This document shows positions 1-14,769 of a stretch of DNA of 64,000 nucleotides, one piece after another. This stretch comes from Octopus sinensis. Taxonomy: Eukaryota. The position numbers and the translations under genes were made by a program. Position 1 is the stretch's first letter. Each line of letters begins with the position of its first letter. The notes under the pieces were generated by a model. The model worked only from the letters and a program-made list of their open reading frames with translations. It made no database searches and was not told the origin of the DNA. The DNA lies in contig NC_042998.1 in the NCBI RefSeq assembly GCF_006345805.1, positions 165,416,001-165,480,000 on the forward strand, in the 5' to 3' direction.

Positions 1-251
1 TTTAAATTACGTCATAAAGCTGGTACCACCACACTTTCAAACAAAATCTGGGAACTCAAAATAATAACAAAAATTATACCCTTAATTGGGAAATAGTTAG
101 GAGAGCAATTCCGTATAAAAATAGTAGGGTTGGTTGTCAACTATGCTCCATGGAGACGTACGAAATTCTAAAGCATAGTAAACATAGAAACTTATTGAAT
201 AACCATATCGAACTAGGTCAAGTTTGTGTCCACGCTAAATTGAAGACTTAA
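1..251 (+). mobile_element. Penelope-like element ORF C-terminus (end of GIY-YIG endonuclease plus Cys/His tail), one frameshift, truncated by window edge
   Basis: Translation FKLRHKAGTTTLSNKIWELK / (frameshift at A-run 58-61) NNNKNYTLNWEIVRRAIPYKNSRVGCQLCSMETYEILKHSKHRNLLNNHIELGQVCVHAKLKT* (stop 249-251). This fits the PLE pattern LS..IW.LK....Y...W.I...A.PY......C.LC..E...I....LLN...E....C.H. Confidence 0.85.
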
Positions 252-3025
252 AATATTTAAATGATTGGAATATTCATAGCTAGATAGATAGATATAACTT
301 GATTTCTACTAGTATAGCACTGCTTTAGTAGATAACTAAGAGTTCTCACATTATAGTTATCTTATCTTTTTCCTTATATCTACATCAGTTTTTTGAGAGA
401 ACAGAGAAATGAATAGTACTTATTCGCTACTTAATTGAGGCTTTATTTAATTTCAAACTCACAATTTTTAAATTCTTAATTTTAAATCTTAATTGTAATA
501 TTTAATTTTAATTCCTAACTTAATCTAATTTAAGTAGCATAACTCTAATAAATTATAATTAGTTACTGTAGCCCCATAATTCTATTTCATAATTAAATAA
601 ATAAGGCTATTCCCTCGGTGATAATATGATTATCTTCATTAGGATAGACAATCCCCTAACACCTTGTAAATGATCTTATAAGATTTGACCTGTAGTCGGT
701 CAATGTATGAATAATAACGACAACTCCTTAAGACAATAAAATGAATAAATTAAATAAGTAAATTTTTAATGACTTTTGATAAGATTATACTTAGATTTTC
801 CTAATGTATTTTCTGGTGATTTTAGCATCTGACCCCTTAACCCCTGACTGTGTTATCTCTTTAGATTCTCTTTAAACTCATAGCTGATTTCAACAGCAAT
901 AAATTAACGGTTTACTGGTCAAAGAATAATAATATTCCCCTCCAGTCCCCAGATGCCTGTTGATTAAAACCAGACTTACAGTCTACTAGCTCTTCTGTAT
1001 AACTAGAACCCTCTTTTTTCTTTTTCTTTTTCTTTTTTTCCCTTCTTTCCCTATTCCTTTCTCTTCTCTTTTTCTTTTTTTCTTCCTTATTCTCTGTTCC
1101 TTTCTCTTCTCTTTTAGTCCCCCTTTCCCCTCCTTTTTTGCTCCCTCCTCCATTATTTCTCTCTTTTCTTCTATTCCCTTCTCTATTCTTGGCCGATCTA
1201 GTAAGCCCTTCAACCTTTAAGAGTTAAATAGCTGCAGCCTCTTGTGAATAGCAGTAATGTGATTAATATGGCAAACACCTAATCATATAACAAGGATTGG
1301 TACCTACCTCATTGTGTTCAACCATTGTAAAATTTATCGCCTGTGAATATGAAATTCATCTCCATTTCTCTGGAAATTTACATCTACACCATTGGAATCT
1401 GTGCATATATACAAAGGATTAATTCACCCTCTCTGTAATGCTAATAACAATGGATAAATTTGTCTTCTGTGAGTATATAATCCCTCATCATATCTATGGA
1501 AATTCATATGGATTAGGTCACCTTCTCTGTGATGCTACCAAAACTTTTTAAAATTCTGTGATAAGACTATGCATCATCTTTAAAGAACTTTAATGAACTT
1601 TAGAAATCTGTTTAATTATCTACATTACTTCATGAGTATAGCCTCAAACACTAGGATGTCTAGAGAACTTACATGTATTTTAGCTGATGAGTACGGGACT
1701 CGTTTATATGCTGTAATCTTTGCAACTTTTAATAAAACCTGTCCTTGTATGAAACGATCGTACTAAAAACCTATCCATTCTTGTTGCTTCTTTCTCGCGT
1801 ATATATGTATATATATATATATATATGCATATATACATATGTATATATATAACAATAAGGGTTTTTTGCAACAAGTTGCTTAAACCACATACCGAAAATA
1901 TTAGAAATAACAGTCAAAGGACTACTATTTCTTTTACTACAAAAATAAGTCTCCACAAACCACAATATTTGTAACTCACATATGGCAAAAGAAGAAGAAA
2001 AACAACGAAACCACACAGTCTACGGATTAATTATGGACGCACGTTTCTGGATTAGAATCGTAAAGTTCATTTCCTTATCAACATGATATTTCCCATAAAT
2101 CTAGAAATGCTAGGAAAAACTTACCTCTTATACCTTCTATCAAGCGTCATCGAAAGATACAAAAGTCCACTAGCATATCCACATTTATATAGACAAGCGA
2201 ATTCGTATTTCCCTCCAAAATCCTACCACGTGAGTCACAAAACAGTCCTGCCGAAACGAAGTTTCATAGTTTTGTTATGTATATGTATATGTATGTGACG
2301 GGCTTCTTTCAGTTTCTGTTTATTGGGATATTGAGGTTCTAGGTAGTGTCTGTACTACGTGTACGTTTTGTAGTATTTAATGCATTTTTCATTTATGGAT
2401 GAACTGAACCCCACGTATCCCGACTTTTGTTAAAGGTAAGTTTGTATACATTTTTGCGACTTTTACCTTCTTTCTCTTTCGTCTTAATATTCGTTTTCTA
2501 GCAAGTCAACTTCCCCCTTCCCTCTCTCTCATCTTCTTACACTTAATTGTAGACTTTCTCCGTTTCTTCCCCTTTTCTCCCTCTCCTCCTCTCCCCCCTC
2601 TCTCTCTGTCACTCTTTTCCTCTTGTCCCCTTCTATCTGCTACCTACACGTGACCAGTGACTGCTTTTGTATCTTCTGACTTTTTGCCGCTGGAAGCCTA
2701 ATGTACTGGTCAAACATTTTTTTCCTCTTCTCAGTTCTGTTCTTTAAATCCATTTGAGGATTTCTCCCAGGCGTTAATCCATCATTCTCATTTTTGGCTC
2801 CATGGCTCTATTTATTCATTTATTTATTTATCTATTTATTTATTTATTGTCTTTGTCTATCGTTTCAAATTCCTGTTGTTTACTTTCGTACATCCACCCA
2901 ATTTTTTTGCTCATGCCCTGATACTCCGCAAATTCGGCGCGTACCGCCGATATACGAAGTTCCTAGTCTTATCGTTAAAGGCATGAAATTATGTATCAGT
3001 ATATGTGTGTGTGTATGTGTGTTTA

Positions 3026-3072
<47 letters not shown>

Positions 3073-3120
3073 GTGTGTGTGCGTGCGTGTGTGTATGCAT
3101 GTGTGCATATACGTTTGTGT

Positions 3121-3325
3121 GTTTGTGCTTGTCCCTCCAACATTGCTTGACAACCGATGCTGGTGTGTTTACGTTCCCCGTAACTTAGCGGTTCGGCAAA
3201 GAGACCGATAGAATAAGTACTAGGGTTACAAAAAATAAGTCGTGGGGTCGATTTTCTCGACTAAAGGCGATGCTCCAGCATGGCCGCAGTCAAATGACTG
3301 AAACAATTAAAAGAATAAAAGAAAG
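3121..3325 (+). mobile_element. SINE family S1, 3' half
   Basis: Matches the recurring unit gacaaccgatgctggtgtgtttacg...ggggtcgattttctcgact...gcatggccgcagtcaaatgactgaaac with an (AAAAG-like)n tail. Confidence 0.85.
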
Positions 3326-3954
3326 AATATATCATATATAGAGAGAGGAATAGGGAAGGTGAAGAGAGAGAGAGAGAGTCAAACAAACAGATACAGAGAG
3401 AGAGAGAGATTGTTGTATTTCTGACCACCATAATAACCTTATTGCAGCAATCAAAATTTCTCTAATATTCACTGATAAAGACATGAAATAACAGCATCGA
3501 TATTCCATAGACATTTTCCTTTAAGATCACATCATTCCTATACTGTGAAAATTTGCATAATTGCCTTCAATATGCTGGGCGGTATCCGCCGAGTTCGGAG
3601 TAACATTTCTACAAACGGTGTGTAAAAATACCAAGCACAATCTTGCTATCATCCACAATGCCGTCCTAATCATTTTCAATATGGCTACCTTTAAGTCTTC
3701 GCCAAATACATTTATCCGTATCTATTAGCATTTTGCATGATCAGTGATGCCCATCGGATTTCTCTTTGCACCGTTTCACCTATATTGTTTCCTTATTTAT
3801 CTTCTTGTTTATTTGTGTCTTCATTTTTCTATGTTGTTTTTTACTTTGTTTTGTTCAATCGACTTCTTTCTCTCGTCTGTTTATGCGTATTATGTCGTCC
3901 TGTCTTTATATTTGAATTTCATAAGCTTCTGCATAAGATATGAATGTTTCTCTC

Positions 3955-3956
<2 letters not shown>

Positions 3957-4030
<74 letters not shown>

Positions 4031-4109
4031 TTATCTGTCTATCTGCCTGTCTGTCTATCTATCTCCCTATCTATCCATCTATCTACCTAATTATTTACCT
4101 ATCTATCTT

Positions 4110-4167
<58 letters not shown>

Positions 4168-4200
4168 CATCTATCTGTCTGTCAGTCTGTCTGTTTATCA
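3957..4200. repeat. (TATC)n microsatellite, representative of many
   Basis: Direct tandem TATC. Others: (TATC/GATA)n at ~13118-13180, 38208-38447, 43435-43500; (TATG/TACA)n at ~7712-7780, 18950-19065, 41533-41600; (AAAG)n ~41695-41785; dozens of (TA)n and (CA)n tracts. Confidence 0.97.
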
Positions 4201-4535
4201 GTCTATCTATATATATATATATATTCATATATAACTCTACACTGTAATAAAGGAAAAACCGATCGTCGTTAACTTTAACTTTAGTTCTTTACAAATTAAC
4301 TTTGATAAAATAATTCGAAAATTTCAAGTAGTGCTTGCTTAAGATTCCAAATGAGGAGAAAATGATATCATACACGGCTACTATGATAATAATAAAGAAT
4401 AATAATAAAAGAATTATATGCAATAGGAGGTGTGCTCTTCTATCTCTTTTCACTCTTTGGAAAACATTTTCCAAAGAGAAAAGAAGGATATACTTAGAAA
4501 CGATTATCACTCCCTGAGCAACAACTCTCTTTCGT

Positions 4536-4575
<40 letters not shown>

Positions 4576-6267
4576 ATGTGTGTCTGCCTGTGTCTTTGTG
4601 TCATTATGTATGTGAGAACGTGTGTGTGTATGTCTGTGTGTGTGTGTATCATAATATGTATGTACATATGGGAACGAGTATGATTGGCACTGCACATGAG
4701 AATTTTATTACAAACTTGATGAATGTTTCACACATTTTTACAGTACCTTTTATAACGGGTAACTATAATCTTCTGATTAGGCGTGTTCTTTCCAGTGTGG
4801 GAAAAACCAGCCCCTCGGGATTGGTATTGCGATAGCGAATATGTGTGAGGGCGCTTAACGAAGTAATTACTCAATTTCTATCTCTCTATCATAGTTTCAC
4901 TATTTGATTCTTTCTCACAAGTACTCATTCCTACAAATTTCTGTCATCAAAATACCATTTCTCTTAAACAAAACCTATTCTTTTTTTGCGATTCCACCTT
5001 TCTCTACCATTCCCTTCCACTTGTCTGCCACTTGTCTTCCTTATAATATCACATCTTTATATTGACAATCTCCATTTGTCTTTCGTTCTGATTTATTATC
5101 GTTTTCTCTTCACAAATTGTTATTTTCGATTTGAATCTTCCTAATTATGATCTCATGCATTTTTCAATCGCGCTTCTATTTCTTTGTTCAAAAATGTCAA
5201 GGAAATCTTCCTTCCATGTTTCATTATATATTCTCAACCTTCTAATTATTGCTTCCTCTCTCTTTAGTGTATGATATATTCAAATATTCTCTCCCTTGTC
5301 TATTCATTTATTCATCTGTTAAGATAAAACAAATACTCTTTGTGTTCATATATTTTGTTTTCAGCTTCGGTGTTTTTGAGCTTAATATCACATTTTGTAT
5401 TTGTAAATAGATAAATCTACAACATTTGTGTAAATATATAAATCTCCAAAAAAATTTTACTACATTATGAGGTCGATCATACTTACTTAGCAACTGATAT
5501 TAATCTTGATAGTTTCATTTCCGATTCCAGATTTTGGTTCATCATGTCAGTGTACAGCAGCATTAGCTCAGTCGCGATACTAAATGATAATTATCGGGAT
5601 GGTTTTTGAATCATGCTCTAGTTCTATGAAGAGTGCCCTCTATCATTGTATCTGAACGACTTGGCTCTGAGCTATCGCTGTGGGAACAAGATATGATGTA
5701 GAGCATTGCACTCGAACTGGAACGTGAGTGAGCCGGATCGGGACACGCAGACGACGTCGCGGTAGTAGTATCAAACATAATAGAAATCGATTAACGGGTT
5801 ATAAAATGTATTAACAACAGCGAGTCGGTACGCTTAAATCGGAAATCAAAACCACACCGGCCAGCACCGTGAGTCGATGGACTAGCGCTCCTGTTACGAT
5901 GCTTGGGATCTAGTTTAGGGAAGGTATTCGCATGGACAAGGATTTGGCATTTGTTACGAGTATATTGATCATATCACCCTACAACTGAGTTGAGAGAGAG
6001 TTAGTCCTGAAAGTTCCAGTAGGGGTGGCGTGTGCATATATTGTACACAATGAAAACAAAAAAACACAAAATATTTTGTCCTGCGCCTGAATGGGAAAAA
6101 GAATGTACATACATGCATACACACACAGACACACACAAACACACACACAAACACACACAGACACACACACACACGCACACACACACATACACACACAGAC
6201 ACAGACACACAGACACAAACACACACACACACACACACATATATGTATATATATATGATGTCATTTA

Positions 6268-6595
6268 ATTGTTTCTGTTGACTGCGGCGATGCTGGAACA
6301 CCGCCTTTTGTCGAACAAATCGACCCCAGGACTTATTCCTTGTAAGCCTAGTGCTTATTCTATCGGTCTCTTTTGCCGAACCGCTAAGTTTCAGGTACGT
6401 AAACACACAAACATCGGTTGTTAGGCGATGATGGGGTGACAAGCACAGACATACACAAATATATACATACATTATATATACACATAGATAGATACATGCA
6501 CACACACACAAACACACACACACACGCGCACACACACACACGCGCACACACACACACGCGCACAAACACACACATAAATATATATATATACATAT

Positions 6596-6630
<35 letters not shown>

Positions 6631-6790
6631 ATATATATATATATATATTATATATATATATAATATATATATATGCACAAATCCACTCACAAGGTTTTGA
6701 TCGACTCGAAGTTATATTAGAAGACACTCGCCCAAGGTGCCATGCAGGTCGAACTGAACTCGGAAACCATGTGGTTGGGAAGGAAGCTTA
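6268..6790 (-). mobile_element. SINE family S1, degraded near-full copy with internal CA/TA microsatellite
   Basis: 3' module at 6268-6450, microsatellite, then tRNA/CORE-like head at 6675-6790 in reverse orientation. Confidence 0.8.
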
Positions 6791-6819
6791 TATATGTATA
6801 TATTTATGTGTGTGGTCGT

Positions 6820-7035
6820 GCCCGTATTTGTCCCACCACCACCACCACCACAAGTGCTTGACCACCGATGTTGGTATTTACGTCCCTGTAACTTAACAGT
6901 TCGGCAGAAAAGACCGATAGAATAAGCACCAGGCTTATAAAGTATGAGTCCATGAGTCTATATCTTGGACCAAAAGGCGCTGCTGCAGCATGACCACAAT
7001 CAAATGATTGATGACTGAAACAAGTAAATGAATAA
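6820..7035 (+). mobile_element. SINE family S1, 3' half
   Basis: ttgaccaccgatgttggtatttacgtccctgtaactt...gcagcatgaccacaatcaaatga...ctgaaacaagtaaa. Confidence 0.75.
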
Positions 7036-7295
7036 AAGAAAAGATATGTGTGCGCGTGCGCGTGCGTGTGTGGTGTGTGTTTGTATAAAATAAAATTAAT
7101 AGTTTCATAGGTAGTCATAGCAATCGTATTAGTGCGATAATGCACTGCTTGAGAAATACGGTAAACAAAACAATATCCGAGGAGCTTCATCACACCACTT
7201 AACGCAATCCAGCTAAGGATAAATAACCGAAAACATATTCGATAGAGAATCGTTTTGAGCTTCAAGATTCTATGAATTGTTATTTGGAAAGATAT

Positions 7296-7372
<77 letters not shown>

Positions 7373-7708
7373 ATAAATATATACAAACATACACACACAC
7401 TCACACACATATACACACACATACACGGTATTAATAACGATAACTTCACATCCATAATTTCACATTCATGATCTTATTCAACAGTTATAATTGTTAAATA
7501 GAACTATCGATTTGAAAAATCTCCGTTCTTCTTATACTATTTCTTACTCTACAGAACATAATATGCAATCCTGAACAAGCACTTCGGATTTACCCAGTGA
7601 GAAAGGTTACCAGAGTCTAACAACTTATTGTTAATTTGAGTCCCACGTAAGAACCGTTAGGGTTAGCCGGCATTTGAAATCGACTCGAGAGGAAGCACGG
7701 TTAATCTC

Positions 7709-7741
<33 letters not shown>

Positions 7742-7802
7742 TGTATGTGTGTATGTATGTATGTATGTATGTATGTATGTATATATATATATACATATAG
7801 AC

Positions 7803-7833
<31 letters not shown>

Positions 7834-8737
7834 AAACATACATTCATATATATATATATATAAACATACATACATATATATGCATATATGTGTGTGTGTG
7901 TGTGTTAAATAAAATGAGATAACAAAACCAAAGCTGTGAGTAGTTTTCAGGACCTTTATAAAGAAAACATAGATATAGACTTACAGCTGTTTCTGGGATA
8001 TTATGGATATGCCTTCGTAAGAGACGATGTAAGATGGTTCAATAGAGGTGAATATTTAAGTTGGAGACAATTGTGCAAATAAAAAAAATAAAACCGCTTA
8101 GATGTATACGTGTAAAAACATAGAAAGAAAAAGCTGAAATTATTCAGGTGATAATAGTACAAAATATGTAGATATTTATATACTAAAAGGGCAAAGTTGC
8201 ACAGAGAATAAAGACAGAAAATTTAAGGGGAGACAAAATGGTGTTACAAGTCCGACAGCTGTTTTGGGGGCTCGGAATTGCTTCATATTGTTGGTAGAGT
8301 AGTCCATGGAAGATGTAGTTCATAAAAATATGCAATTAGTAATGGTAGATCCGACTCTGTCTTTAGTGTGAGATAGAAATCTAACCTGTTTGTTCAGGCC
8401 ATAGCCATCGCGTCTATAATTTTCAGATTCCTTAATTAAGAACACATTATTCATTATGTCCTTCATACTTTTCAAGCGGGACAAAATGATTTGATGAAAG
8501 TTTGGTTGCTTTTTCTTACAGACCGAGTAAAAACGTGACACCTCGCTACTGTTTCATAAATACGAAGTTTTGTGACATAAGCAATTTCAAGCTTGCTTAA
8601 AATAAACAGAATCTTCCGCTGATATTTTATACATATAAAATAATTGAATTGATATTAAAATGTGTTTATTTCATGTGTCTGTATCTGTGTGTGTGAGTGT
8701 GTGTGTTTGTGTGTGTGTGTTTGTGTGTGTGTGTGTT

Positions 8738-8813
<76 letters not shown>

Positions 8814-9439
8814 TGTTCGTGTGTGTAAAGTAATATTTGAGAACATATTCAGTGTTGTTTTTTATTGACTTTTATTATAAACGTGCTAGAATATATTCGT
8901 TTTAGTAGACAATTTGCACGAAACATATTAAGAAATTGTGGACGTTAAAGAGAAGCCTGGAGTTATGGATAATAGTGAGATATTATTATATATGTAAGAT
9001 AAAACAAACAGAAGTAAAAAAAATTAATATAAAGAGCAATATAAAGTGACAATAGAATATGGATACACTAAATTTAATCTACTTAGCAAAATGCTATATA
9101 GGAGATAGATGCATAGATACAGAGAGAGGATGAAATAAGTCAATTATATTTATGCATGTACGCATATATGTATGTCTGTGTACATATGTACGAATTCATG
9201 TATGTATTATTTCAAACTCACATTTACACGGATATATATATATCTGTACTAGTACATGACCCGTGTTGTTATGGATGGAATAAATATATATTCTCTTTAT
9301 TCGAAATATAGCTATGTATTTAAAACACACAACACACACACACACACACGTGTGTGTGTGTGTGTGTGTGTATGTTACACAAATTGGAAATAGAATAATA
9401 ATTACTTCATCAAACAAATATATATCATAAATTATGTGC

Positions 9440-9905
9440 ATGAACCTGAGCCCGAATGCTGTGACAAAGAATAGGGTACCAACAGTAAATAATTAAATTT
9501 GCGGTGTTAACAAACATGTTCTGGGCATCTAACCTTGGTTCAGTCCATTTCCCTCTATCAGGGAGATACAGAAGCTGGGAGTGGGAGGAAGAAAGATGAA
9601 AATGTGTCGTGTCTTAATTTAGCTCTCCTTTCACATTCTTGTGACACTTGCTGTAGGGTTACATCCTGGTTATGTTCCAGCTTAACGAGAATTCTTGTTC
9701 TAACTTCTGCATCCTTTTCAGCAGTAAATCCCTGCGTAAAAGTCAGGCATTCGAACATATCTGTTCGTTAATTCGTCCAGCTTAAACTTCTTGCATTCCC
9801 TGTTTACTCTACCAGCATATTTGATGTAGTCCTTGTCGTCTTTTTTTTTCTCTATGTTCAGACACTTCTAACGTGTGTTGAACTATAAGCTTTTTTTCAC
9901 TGAAA
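9440..9905 (-). mobile_element. Ty3/Gypsy LTR-retrotransposon gag fragment, frameshifted
   Basis: Minus-strand translation FSEKKSL*FNTR*KCLNIEKK..DDKDYIKYAGRVNRECKKFKLDELT / DMFECLTFTQGFTAEKDAEVRTRILVKLEHNQDVTLQQVSQECERRAKLRHDT. It resembles the gag of invertebrate K02A2.6-type Gypsy elements (recognised from memory). Confidence 0.75.
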
Positions 9906-9944
9906 ATTTTACACAAAATATATATATATATTATATATATTATA

Positions 9945-9974
<30 letters not shown>

Positions 9975-9989
<15 letters not shown>

Positions 9990-10002
9990 AATAATCATAA
10001 TA

Positions 10003-10067
<65 letters not shown>

Positions 10068-10215
10068 GGGAGTATAGCTCCCAACTTACAGGGAAAAATT
10101 CTATTTAGTATTAAATCAAATTTCACAGTATAATATATATAAAATATGAATTAGAGATAAAACCACTATTATGCAACTCAAACAGTGATAGACATAAACC
10201 AATACATGAATAACA
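9975..10215 (-). mobile_element. Retroelement 3' end with long (ATT)n tail
   Basis: ~150 bp of non-simple sequence (10068-10215) ends abruptly in a ~90-bp (AAT)n tract, which reads (ATT)n on the minus strand. Confidence 0.45.
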
Positions 10216-10273
10216 AATAATATAAATATAATATATAAATATTAATATATAATATATAATTTATATATATTAT

Positions 10274-11130
<857 letters not shown>

Positions 11131-11232
11131 TTGTTCCATCCGTCACGTGGAAAGGGTGTGCCATTATTACTAATTCTCTACAACAATATATAAGCCTCAG
11201 ATAGATAGATAGTTAGATAGATAGATAGATAG

Positions 11233-11280
<48 letters not shown>

Positions 11281-11864
11281 TCTGTGCGTGTATTCAGCTT
11301 CAATGACTAAAACCAATAGATTAAAATAATATACATAAATATATGTGCGCTTTTTCATTTTACTACGATTTAAGCAATTGGAGTTAAGTCATGCTAAGAC
11401 ATTTATTTCAATGAGTCAACATGATCGACTAAATGTCCATCATATCGACTTCAATATTTATTGCTTTCAATAACTTCATTTGTTGATCTCTATTTGTCAA
11501 GCTGCTTATATGCAGGGCTATGGTAGTATACGAATTCCAAAGTAAACTACAATGTTGTAACCATTAAGATGTATTGGTTCTTTCGGACAGACACACATGT
11601 ACAACACTTTCTATTTGTTGACCATACATTTTAACAAGTAACTTTACAACGTTATAGTCAAGAGCACAAACCAAAACTAGATAGAAATAAACAACATGAG
11701 TTCAAGATATATTAACAATGAATAAAACTTGAATATTAACAATGAAAATTATATTAATCAACCAAACCCAACACTCGGTCAGGCACAGAATCTGTGAATT
11801 GAGTAGTGAAAGTACTTTGGAGGTAATAAAGTTAATAAAACGATTTTAAGATTATTAATTCTGT

Positions 11865-12175
11865 TTCCTTGATACGTTGTACAAAAAATGTTGCATGGGT
11901 TTCAAAGGCCCAGAATTCTTCAATATCGTCTCAGAAAGCCGGAGAGACATACTTAGAGTAGATGTAGCTGTTGTCAAAACAAAACTAGATCTCTTCTTGT
12001 CAAGAGTTCCGGATGAACTTACGCAGATGAGGGCAACAACACCAAACTCGCTCATTACCAAATGCGAGATGTTCTAACATGTCGCCTTTGGGTCCAAGTA
12101 TTGAAAGTGGCAAAACTAATAGCGGTGCCCCGGCATGGCTACAGCTCTCGCGCTGACACTAGTAAAAGAAAAAAA
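11865..12175 (+). mobile_element. CR1/L2-type LINE 3' end (ORF2 C-terminus, 3' UTR and tail)
   Basis: GFKGPEFFNIVSESRRDILRVDVAVVKTKLDLFLSRVPDE...RATTPNSLI matches the G..LFN.LP..LR......FK..LD.FL..VPDEP end of CR1-group ORF2. The UTR ends in the hairpin cagc-tctcgc-gctg and an A-rich tail. Confidence 0.85.
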
Positions 12176-12550
12176 TGCTAATGCTACAATCTACTTTATT
12201 CTAAAAATGAAACCAAGGAGCCCTACCGACGTTAATATGCATGAAAATGCTGCAGTTACAAACATAATATAAATCATTAATAAGGAATGAGAAAACAGCA
12301 TTAAAAAAGATTAAACTTGCTGGCCTTGTGCCAAAATTTGAAACCAATATTTATACGAATTCTACGATATTTACGGATTTTCAAATATATCATCTGTAAA
12401 TCGTCCCCTTCTTGTTCTATAATAGTGTCTGATTGCCAATTCCTGCAGATGGGCTTTGTAAGGCAAACTCCAGGTTTAAAGCCCAAATATAATTCCCACA
12501 TTCACACACACAGACACACACACACACACACACACACACCACACACACAC

Positions 12551-12603
<53 letters not shown>

Positions 12604-13118
12604 GCACACGCGTACGTGAACACACAGATGCACGTGGAATGACTGGAAGGTAGATTTAAAATTAAGGACTCGTAAGTAGCATCTACGTTAGGTTATATAC
12701 ATCAACGAAAAGTAAGAAAAAACTATGGAAATATTAACGATCCTTTAACAATTTAGAATATTTTTCATTGCGTAAAATATAGTCATTATACTTGTCATTT
12801 ATCCATTGTTTTAGCCGTGAGATTAAAATCATCAATTATACTTCCGAACGACTAATTAAAAACTGTTGTCCTTCTCTATACTCTTCCTCATAAACCTTAG
12901 CCTTAAGAAAAACTTGTAGAGGCGAAAAATTAGTGGTTATTTATCTTCAAACCCTTAATGAAATGAAAATGTAAACCTATTCGTGTGTATGAGAAGGTTG
13001 CTAATATGAACTAACAAGTAATTAATAAAGTCATAAAGAAAGAACACACACACACACGCACGCATACACACACACACACATATATATATATATGTATATA
13101 TATGTATATATATATATG

Positions 13119-13183
<65 letters not shown>

Positions 13184-13809
13184 ATATATATATGTTTGTA
13201 TGTATACATATATATTTGAGTGTAATGATATCACGCACCGAACTGACGGATCTTGTGGTTTATAAATACATTTGCTGTTAGCACCATTAAGATTTATAAT
13301 CTTTTACTACGGATAGGCAAATAATTTTTATGTCGACTGAAGGAGGAATATTATATATTCTTGAAATTTCAAGTGTTACATAGAATTGGTAACAGAATAT
13401 TTGTTTTAATTTAGAAATTAGTAAGGTGACGGTGAATGTTAATTCCTTATAATGAACTAATTAGAGTTTCATATATGCACATATCCACATATGTATGTAT
13501 ATTTGCATGTATATATATATAGATAGATATATATATATATGCATATGTATGTATATATGTATGTATGTGTGTGTATGAGTGTTTCAGATACAAATCTTTC
13601 TCTTATTGCCATATTCATTATATGTAAACCTACACATATATACGCATATATATATACATACATATATGCATATATATACTCACACACACACATAGACACA
13701 CGTATAGATATATGTGTGTATGTATATATATATATATATATATATGTTTACATATACATGGATATGCTGATGTCTGTGTATATAGGTGTGTGTATGTGCG
13801 CGCGTCATG

Positions 13810-13854
<45 letters not shown>

Positions 13855-14461
13855 ATCATTCATATACGAGTGGCTGAACATATGATAAAAAGCACCACTT
13901 AATACATTTAGTCGAAGCTGTATTTAATATGTTGACTCGGTTCCACATTATTTTATATTTTTTGTTCAAAGCACGTCCACTTCGTCAAATGTATGTAGTC
14001 AATATGTATTAGTGTATCTGTTGCGTAATTGTTTCATTGCGATTATTGGCTCATATGCTTGAGTGGTGGCCATTGCATGTATCTCTAAATTAAATTTCTT
14101 GCTAATTGAAATTTTGAGAATTTTCTCCGTTACCTGGAGAATAATATGTTATTAACTTTAACGACATTATTCTTATTAGTGTTACACTTTCAATTAACGA
14201 GAACTTATTTTCGGCTCACTTTTTCAAAGTACGATAACGTGTACTTAACTATGAATTCTTCTAATAGAAGGCGTTCTTAGGAAATTTTCCGATGCCTTCA
14301 ACAATTACCGGACTGTCCTCGCAAACCTGACTGAGATTTGGTAAAGCAGCAACAGCAACGATGCCATGAATAATTTCTGATAATTCCTCTATGGCTATTT
14401 TTATACTTCTACTCTTATATTCTACTCCTTCTAAGACACCAACATCGCCCACAACAATGTG

Positions 14462-14650
14462 GAGGCGCAATGGCTCAGTGGTAAGGCAGCGGACTCGCGG
14501 TCGTAAGAACGCGGTTTCGATTCCCGGTCTGGGCATTGTGAGTGTTTAAACACCTAAGCTCCACGAGACTCCGGCGACGGGGGTGGTGGCGAACCCCGCT
14601 GTACTCTTTCGCCACAACTTTCTTTCGCTCTTTCTTCCTACTTCTGCCAC
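14462..14650 (+). mobile_element. tRNA-derived SINE family S3 (3'-truncated), intact Pol III boxes
   Basis: A box tggctcagtgg 14471-14481 and B box ggtttcgattcc 14513-14524; the body matches 55384-55687. It may be one of the published octopus OR/OK SINEs (not verified). Confidence 0.85.
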
Positions 14651-14769
14651 AAAGCAGAGTAACCCTGGTGTAACCCACTATGGTGTGGTAAAATTTCAGA
14701 CTCTAGTCTAGATTACGAATCCTCTGTATCCCATGATGGTTCAGCTCTCCACCCGTTAAAAGCCACCGT

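Noticed and set aside
615-650. Minus-strand ctaatgaa-gataat-cat-attatc hairpin resembling a hammerhead helix II
   Set aside because: G5 is mutated and no GAAA follows.
986-1213. 75-aa Lys/Glu/Arg-rich ORF
   Set aside because: Translation of a low-complexity polypurine tract; no domain.
1684-1705. ctgatgagtacgggactc hammerhead-like start
   Set aside because: Followed by gttt, not GAAA; no helix I or III.
1214-1770. Possible inverted PLE ORF N-terminus on the minus strand (FIKSCKDYSI)
   Set aside because: Only a few residues resemble the PLE N-terminal motif and there are many stops; not supportable without a profile search.
2690-2717. ctggaagcctaatgtactggtcaaacat, possible decayed hammerhead near the PLE
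   Set aside because: Needs at least three core indels and has no convincing helix I.
14462-14535. tRNA gene call (also 55384-55455)
   Set aside because: The acceptor and anticodon stems do not close properly and the sequence continues into a shared repeat body; these are SINE heads.
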